A stretch of 64,000 nt of DNA from Phoronis australis (Eukaryota; Animalia; Phoronida), in NCBI GenBank assembly GCA_002633005.1, contig NMRA01000440.1, forward strand, positions 157,786-221,785. The letters are read 5' to 3'. The notes below the pieces were generated by a model. It was not told the DNA's origin and made no database searches. It worked only from the letters and a program-made list of their open reading frames with translations. Positions 54,501 through 63,500 of this stretch are shown piece by piece. Position 1 is the first letter of the stretch; each line of letters begins with the position of its first letter. Position numbers and translations under genes: made by a program.

Positions 54501-57500
54501 ATCTGGACACCCTGGTAAGGACGCCCAATGTATCATTTGGACGCCCACTGTCAATAGGAACCTTTCAAGTTTGGACTCACACATTGTAATGATTACTAGG
54601 AAGCCTCTGAAGGCTCACAGTGGGGGCTCTTTTTTCAAAGCAGGAAGAAATATACAATGTATATACAATGTTGCTATGCTCACACTTGGATGATAGCATT
54701 GTAAAAGTCTTGGTCTACAGTTTTTTAGTAAAAATGCTCACTTAACTTAGATGCAAAAACCTTGGTCTATGCATTTTTTGTAAAAAAAATCTGTGTGGGG
54801 AGATTGCTGGGGGTGGGGGGTTACGCATCAGAGTCATGGACGCCCTGGAATATTGGGAACTCCATTTTGGACACCCTACGGTGTATTTTTGAAATCCTGG
54901 ATAAAGGCCTGCCTAGGAGTAGACCAAGCCTTCATAAAGTTTTAGGAAAATCTGTCACAGTCGATGTAGAATCAACTAAAGGTGCTCTCAGAAATTCCTA
55001 CTTAAAGCCTTTTTATTTTATCCACATTCAATATCACAATTGTTTTTAAAAAACTATTCACAACCAGGTGAATGCAAACCTGCATCAAGCCATTGCTGCT
55101 CTCACTATTACGCTTCTATAGAAAAGATGGGTTTTCAAAGGCTAAAATACTCATTAAGGTTTTTCAAAATCCTTTTTTTAAAAACTGGTAGTTGACTGAC
55201 TGAATGGTAACAGCTCAAACATAGCCTCCTTCAATGACTTACTAAGCTAATGTAGTAAAACAGTGACTTTCATTCTCAGTCAGTATGTTGTTTTCAGATA
55301 CCAAAATTGAGGCCAAACCGAGGTTAGCAGCACCATTTTGGGGTCTGAAAACCAACAAACTGACCTCACTGAAGTTGTATATTAATGCTTATACTAAAAT
55401 CTTTAACAGTGCTGCTGTTGAATGTATACCGCACTGGTATTTTGATATGTCAATTAATTTTCCAACTATTCCAACACAATAGTCAAACGTCAATAGATGG
55501 CACTACCTACCTTGTCATCATCCTGCCATCCAATACACACCACTTTGAATGTGGTCTCCTCCTCAATGCCTTCTGTTGGAAAAATGGTACACCTGCCTTT
55601 CACAGGACTAGCGTTGATTCGGAAATAGACCTTGGCATCACCACGACGACCAGAGGCACCTATGGGAGATAAATGAAACTAGAGGTGCTGAAGCCTTAAT
55701 AAGGGCATTTTCAGAGGGAAGTCATTCAATGTGTTTTGACAGACAAACTCATTTGAAAAACACCCCATCCAGTAATCCCGTCTTACAAAAAAGCCCCCTC
55801 TCCTACTAGAGGGAATTTTACTCAGGAAGGAACGTGTTTTGTTGCTTTTGGCTTCATGGCCAGTCCATTTTACCTTTTATATTTAAATCCTCTAGCCATA
55901 AACACAAACGATTCAGTCACTATAATTCCTACATCATGTGCTTGGGGCATGAAACGTTTAACATTTTCTTAGCAATGATACATTCATTATCAAATGAACA
56001 AGTCACACAATAGGTGCATAGGCAGTTAGCCTCAACTTACAGCCACCCCACTCACCAGACACTTCACTATCCGTCAGCCCCACCATTACCCCCCACGGTC
56101 AGCCCACTCACCAGACACTGCACTATCTCAGGGCTTGGAATGACCCATGACAAAAAAAGAGTAAATTTTTACGGCCCTAAATACAAATTTCAATCTAAAC
56201 CGTACCTCAACAGATCAAAAATAAACATTAGTACCACAAGATGCCCTGTTACTGTGTCGTGTTGGCAAAACGCACTCCTCTTAAGCAGTACCTGACATCT
56301 ATTTCAGCAACAGAGCACAAACCTTGGTTTGTGAACACATTGACCGTTTCTTTGATCCACAATTCCACGAAATATTTCGTCTAATTCACGCTACACGCAT
56401 TTTTGACCGCAGAATCGCACTATTTGTCATCGCGATTTTATACCAAATGCAGATGCCATTGATGAACCACGCTATCCCAGGCACTTGAATTTATCTGTTC
56501 CTCATATGCCACTGACGTCACTCACGACTAAGAAAACATGTTTGTTATATATGGTTAGGAGTCATCGGCAAATTCGAGCTCCCCTGTGATCCGCAATTAC
56601 AATTTTCATTCCTTCGAAACATAAAGAGCAGTTTCCGCTTTTTGAGTCGTCGGCAACGCCGGGGTGAGAAACCAATCTACCGCGATACTTTTATGGTAAA
56701 TCCGATTTTTCCGCGGAAATATAACAAAAATATGCGGATCGAATATAAGAAAAAGTGGAAATCCGCGTTCCCACGGACAATTGCAAGCCTTGTATCTGTC
56801 ACTGCCACCATTACTCCTCCATTGTCACCCCACTCAGTAAGCCCTGCACTACTTATCAGCCTCACCATAACCCCGCCCATGGCCACCCCACCCCACTCAC
56901 ATGGCCCTGCACTACTTATCAGCCTCACCATAACCCCGCCCATGGCCACCCCACCCCACTCACATGGCCCTGCACTACTTATCAGCCTCACCATAACCCC
57001 GCCCNATGGCCCTGCACTATCTATCAGCCCCACCATAACTCCACCCATGGCCAATCTACTCACCAGGCTCTGAAGCAGTAAATTGGACCAGATAACGGCG
57101 CCCTTGACTCAATACGCCAGGTTTCAACACCAGGGACTTGTTCTTCAGTCCTGTGCCCGTCTGGTCCGCTCGAATGATGATCCGGTAACGAGTTTCCGTC
57201 AGGATGTGCTCGTCAAAACCCCCCTGATGATTTCCATCCACTGCCGGGTCCACAGGGCCACCGTTGGGAGGTGGAGTTGTCACTGAGCCAGTGTTGCCCT
57301 GTCCCTGATTTTGGCCACTACCCTGGCCACGCCCACCACCACCTCCTTCCTTGATCTCACCTGAAATTGTCAGGCAACGTCGTAATCAGACGCTTTTTGA
57401 TCAAAGTACCATAGAAGCTAATGCCTTGCTCACATACTGGGCAATGCTTGCCCCAATACTGTCCACTGAATTACTGTCCACTGAATTACTGTCCACTGAA

Positions 57501-60500
57501 TTACATTCCAGCGGATCAGGTGACTTTTATAAATCACAAACATTCTGACAACACTTCCAATAACAGCATGACTGTCACCTCAATACGACAAAAAACTCAA
57601 ATGACAGACTCAATGTATCAACTGCACTTGACATACTTCTGAATTCATTCCAGAAAGAAATGCATGCAACTACAACTACTAATCAAACAGATAAATATAT
57701 ATTTTTGACTGTCACATTGACAAAACACCAAACACTTTGTGATTAGGATGATAACTATAACCCTCAAGTCACCTAACTGTTTAAGTCAAAGTACAACCAG
57801 AAACATCTAAGGATGCAATCTAAGTGAAGACTACGACAGAAGCAACATCAAAAGTTGTACATTTTGTTTCCAGAAATGTAATTAACATTTCTCAGACAAC
57901 CCAAGCCCAAACTTTTATTCATTACGGTAGTTGGACCTCAAAATAAATGTTATTTGAACACATTGCTGCATTCATGTTCCAATTGATAGGTCATGAACTA
58001 GCCTCGAAATTATTTCTTGTCAACATAAATTTGTGCAAAGTCACTATGAACAACAGAAGAGTAAAGACAGTTACGAACAACCTAACACTTAGAATACATA
58101 CTGTTTTCACTGAAGTTGTAGTTGAATAAGGAATCAGAATCCCGCTTCCTTCCCGAGTTGACTGAAATAAGAAATAGAGTCTGAATAAAACATCATCCCA
58201 CTAAAGTACAACCATAGACACTACTATTTCCACACCACAAATTACCAGTTGAGCAGACTCTCTATAACCTACTGTAAACACCCTAATAAGTGCCCAGGGT
58301 GGAGTTTATAATAACCTAAGACGGATGAAACCTGGTTTCCAAAACAGGAGAAGTCAGAAGCTAGGATACATCAAATTTACGCTCTGTGACGTATCTGTAA
58401 CCTATGGCAGACTTTCTACAAACTTGTGGTGCATTGTGATCAAACTTCTTTGTTAAATTACGATCACTGCAGAAAACTGTGCTGAAATCCCAGGGCGTAA
58501 ACTTGCCGATGCGTCACTGACTCACAATTGTTGACAGGCAACAAGAGAAAGGTGGAGTGTTGAAATGCAACCATAACTGCACCGCAAATGGTGTGCTTCT
58601 AGGGGTGTTTATTTTGCATCGTAAAAATGGCCATTAGATGGCTCAAAACACGTTGAACGCATGGAAAAATGGGAAGGTGTCATTGTGTCTCAAAACGGCC
58701 AAATTTCAAAATCCACAAAGAACTCCAAAGATATAAAGCAAACGTAAAAAAACAAACTGCAATTAGAAACCAATACAGAAATAGTAGTAGAATCCGTCCA
58801 TCTGCTGTCAAGTTAATAGGAATACAATTCCAAAATATCAAAAACATCTTACAAGGGACTTAGGAGATACAGCCGTATACAAGAAAAAATGTCACATTTG
58901 CCAGGGAAAATGCAATGTGATGATCTAGGTGTGCAATGTACCTACAGAAATTAACAAAAGCTGTAAAGCAGAACGTGTTTCTTATTTAGCACTTGCTAGT
59001 CTCGCCTAAAATTAAAACGTGCGAGAATTGTCTCGGTAGGGCCGATATATAATAATGTCCCATGACGTGTACACCCTGCTCTCACCAAGCACTTAACCAT
59101 CGCAAAAGATCTTCCTCAATATCAGAGAATTTCACTTTTCCTTTACAACCACCATTTTGTGCTTTCGCCTCACATGTGCCATTTGTGCTGGTGATTTCAG
59201 CTCAACCTCAACAGTTTGCCATTCCCAAACTCTTTTTCTATCGATGTTGAACGTCTTTGCCGCCTGACTACTACTGTTAAGTTTCGCAAATTCAACAACT
59301 TTGAAGCTTAAACATACGAATGTAGTTTTCTTGTTAGGAGAGGTTTAACTTTCCATGATGCGAATTTTACTGGAAAAGGGGCAAGAAAACCATGGTTGAA
59401 ACAGTGTGTGTCAGTCGCTTTAGTGTAAGGGTGAGGAGGTGTTCACTTATAAGTGGGGAATTTTATCAGACATTTGACTTTAAAAAACAACAATTATGAG
59501 TAAATTAATATTAAGGTGATTAATAAAAAAATTCCTTAAAAATAACACAAAAGTTTTTTATATCAGATACTTTTGGAAATTAGTGCCAATATTTATTTCT
59601 TGGCGATGCTATGCTACCTGTGGTTTCATGAATAAATAGTTCCCATAGACTAATGTCAACGATGACAAGAATATAGCGCGCGCTTCCTGGCCACGTGCTT
59701 TTAACACCAGATTTCTTTGTTCATGAGAAAGTCATCTGCTGAATGACACGCTTGAGTACCAGTCTTCAATTCATGGTTTTCACTTGTACAAAGAAATTTG
59801 GAATTCTGTTAAGGATGAATAATTGGAAACATTACATAAAACATTCAATCCCATTGACAAGTATGCTGCGTACCATAAAGGGACACATTCCTAGAGAGAT
59901 CAGCAAAACTGGTGCATTCTTTTTGAAGCACGTGAAAGTCACGGCTAAATACCGACATAGCGGCGAGGCTGGTGATCTAGAAATTACATGCACAATGATT
60001 TTTCCAGGACTGCTTGATATTGTAACAGGGAAAATCTGAAATATTTTATCAACATTAGGCAACTCTCAGCAGCTTTGTTACGTGTGTCACTCAGTGGACC
60101 TGTTTAGGAACTCTAATGTGCCCCTGAACCCAAATGAAGCATCTCAACCTGAACTGTAAAAAGAACCGCACGGACATAAGTGTCATATTTTTCACAACTA
60201 CTGATATGACTGGGTGCAAGTTGCGGGATAATACAGTAACTCCACAAGACTGGGTGCAAGTTGTGGGATAATACAGTAACTCCACAACACAGAGTGTAAG
60301 TTGTGGGACAATACAGTAACTCCACAAGACTGAATGTAAGTTGTGGGATAATACAGTAACTCCACAACACAGAGACAGGCAATGATAGTTCAATGATCTC
60401 TGTACACACAGCTCACTGACCCATGTACTGAATCATCAGACCTACCAGGAGATTCAACAAATCCAGACATAGGATGCGCTGTAGTGGTTGTCGTGGAGAT

Positions 60501-63500
60501 GGTGGTGGTTGCCAGGGATACCTGCGTGCCTGCTGTAGTGGTGGTGTTCAGTTCCCACGGGTCATTGGTGTAGTTTAAGCTCAGCCATGTTGAGCCATCT
60601 GGTTCAACACACTTCATGTAGTCATTGGCACCTGTTCAGACAGAAACACATTCACTTTACAATACTGCCACCTCTTCACAAGTTACTCCAAACATGAAGT
60701 TACAACGAGAAAAAATATCATGCTCACTAATATTGGTTATAATAAATCTTTTATCACATGAAATTATCTCTAAGAATAAATCACACAAATCATTTTAAGA
60801 CAGTCCAAAGAAAATCACATTTGGACTTAAGGCAAGCAACTGCTTCTTTCCAAAAGTTAAACAACTCACGTGCTATAACAATGTCAGAGGAACTGGGTAT
60901 GATGTTAACCTGCCAATCATAGATTGTGTACGGGCTACAGTCAGGGCAGACAGAATGAAGACGTAGGCGCTTATCTGAGTTAATCACACCATCAGAGCAG
61001 TCGACACACTGCACACTTAGCCTATCAAAAGAGAAGGAGGAAGAGAGGTATTGTAACACAAAGACACTTGTATCAATGTAAGCAGTCAAGTGACATAGCA
61101 CCTTTATCATAGCAACAGCCCACTAATTCATTCAGATGAACTTATTTTCACGACCACTACCCAGAGAGTCAACTAAGCAGACAACCTGCTGGTGTCCAAC
61201 AGCACAAATGGAGAGACGGGAGCGTACTTACACTTCACATTCCATAGAGTCTATTCTTTCTCATGCCTCCTTGAATAAACATTTCTCTGTTCACAACTTT
61301 GCCAAACTCACACATATTATACATGTTGTGTTGCCGTTGACAGTCTTAATCGTCACTTTTCACACATTTATTATTCACCATTTTGATGATGTCTGGGACC
61401 AAAAAAGGCATGGTTACTTACTTGAGCCGGGACTCCTCACCCAACACAGTGATGACCTGAGTTGACCACGATGATCGCTCACCACAGATGGTGGTCAAGT
61501 TGAACACAAACTGACCGACAGGCTTCAGGAGGCGGGCTGGGAAGGTGATGGTGAGGTTGTTAGTCAGGTGGATGTCCGAAGTGTTGTGGATAAAGCAGGA
61601 CTCCGTTGATCCCAGTCGACTGCATGACCAGTTGTACCTGGAGTGCACGTACAGTGTGCGATGACGTAACCACAGTAATGCGCAATACATTGAACAAAGG
61701 ACTGTTCCACAATACTTGTGACTAAAGGCTGGAAAGGTCATATGCATGGTGATCACACACAGACTTGTGTGGTCTAGCATAACCACTCTTATAATACAAG
61801 GTCATATGCATGGTGATCACACACAGACTTGTGTGGTCTAGCATAACCAGTCTTATAATACAAGGTCATATGCATGGTGATCACACACAGACTTGTGTGG
61901 TCTAGCATAACCAGTCTTATAATACAAGGTCATATGCATGGTGATCACACACAGACTTGTGTGGTCTAGCATAACCAGTCTTATAATACACAGCCCAGGT
62001 TACAAGCCAGACTATGTTTAAAGCAACTGTGCAAATAAACTGTTTGTATGGTGACAGCTGAATCTGTCCAACTAATCATACAACTGATATAGCTGTGTTC
62101 ATGTAAATATCTTTATGCTAATCATCAATATTTGACATTTTCAGGCAGTCTTTCCTTTTACAGTGAATACAACATAATCCATTATTTAAATGTTTAGTAG
62201 TCACATGAATGTGTGTCAAACAGTAACTCTTCAAAGCACACACACAAAATCAAAAGCTTGATAGTTGGCACCACCTACAATCATATTGAGCACTAAATGG
62301 GAACTTTGAAATCACCGAGTTGAAGGTAAGATAGAATAAAAATGAAGTCGTTTAATAAGCAAAATACACCCATGACCTCCATTGCGACCACAGTTCTAGT
62401 CATATAGCCAGAAACAGCTTGTGAACTACCCATTGACCTTTATATGGATGAACAAGAAACTGAAGTGCGCACATCGCAGAGTGGAGATTTATGAGATATC
62501 CCCCTCCCACCACCTGCTGGTTGACCATGTAACATGTTCTGTCGGTCTTCCTTCTCATCTGCTGGTCAATTTCCCATAACCCCTTGTGTATGTGACACTT
62601 TATACACAAAAAGATAAATTTTCATGTCCACTCAACCAGACTGGCAAAAATAGAAAAGAAGAAAAAAAAACAAATACCTGAGTGCCATTCCCGTCATATC
62701 TGGATCATTGGACAAGGAACCGTTAAGTGTCAATGTGTCGTTACGTCCAACCTCACGTTCGATACCTCCACTGATAATGCTGATGATATTGGAAGGTTGA
62801 ACAGTCAGGCTGATTTCAGCTCTTGAGTAAACTATGGTACCATTCATCTTGACCTACAACAACATTAGTGATTGCAACATAGGACATAAGAGGTCATCAA
62901 ATAGTGTAGACTCCCTGATACTCTGTATAACAAGAGTGTGGTATCCCATTAGGATCTTAAATCAGTTATAATAACTGCTTTGGAGCTCCAGACTGGTATG
63001 ATAAAGGGACACAGATGTTTACCTCAATCTGCAGGATGTAATCACCATAAGGTAGTGACCTGGCAGGCATGTACAAGACTTGGTTAGTGATGGCCGGGTA
63101 GTTGACCCCGGTGCCGTTGGCATGACGGATGGTCCACCGTGAGGTAGCCACACTGGTCAGTTGACAGTCAATGTCCAGGCTTGCCTCCACACGTATCACC
63201 TCTGAGTACAGCACCTGAACATTCAACATATGTGATATAACTTCTGAACACGACTCAGTATCAATATCAGCAACCCTAAAAGAACCAGTCTTGGTAGAAG
63301 TCTCCATATTAGTACAATTATCCATAACAGCAAAAGCACCAATATCACTAGAGGTCACAGTATCAGTATCAGACATACTACCGGTATCACTAGAGGTCAC
63401 AGTATGAGGTTAGTGAAACATTAACAACGTAAAGGAGTGTCTAGTAGCAGAAGATCATTAAGTTAGCAAGCCATTAATAGACAAGAGTATAAACTAGCCA

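Noticed and set aside
63215-63400. Ser/Thr/Asp-rich in-frame upstream extension of the 63023 exon ORF
   Set aside because: A phase-compatible acceptor at 63215 already joins the previous exon. The extension overlaps a short intronic tandem duplication.
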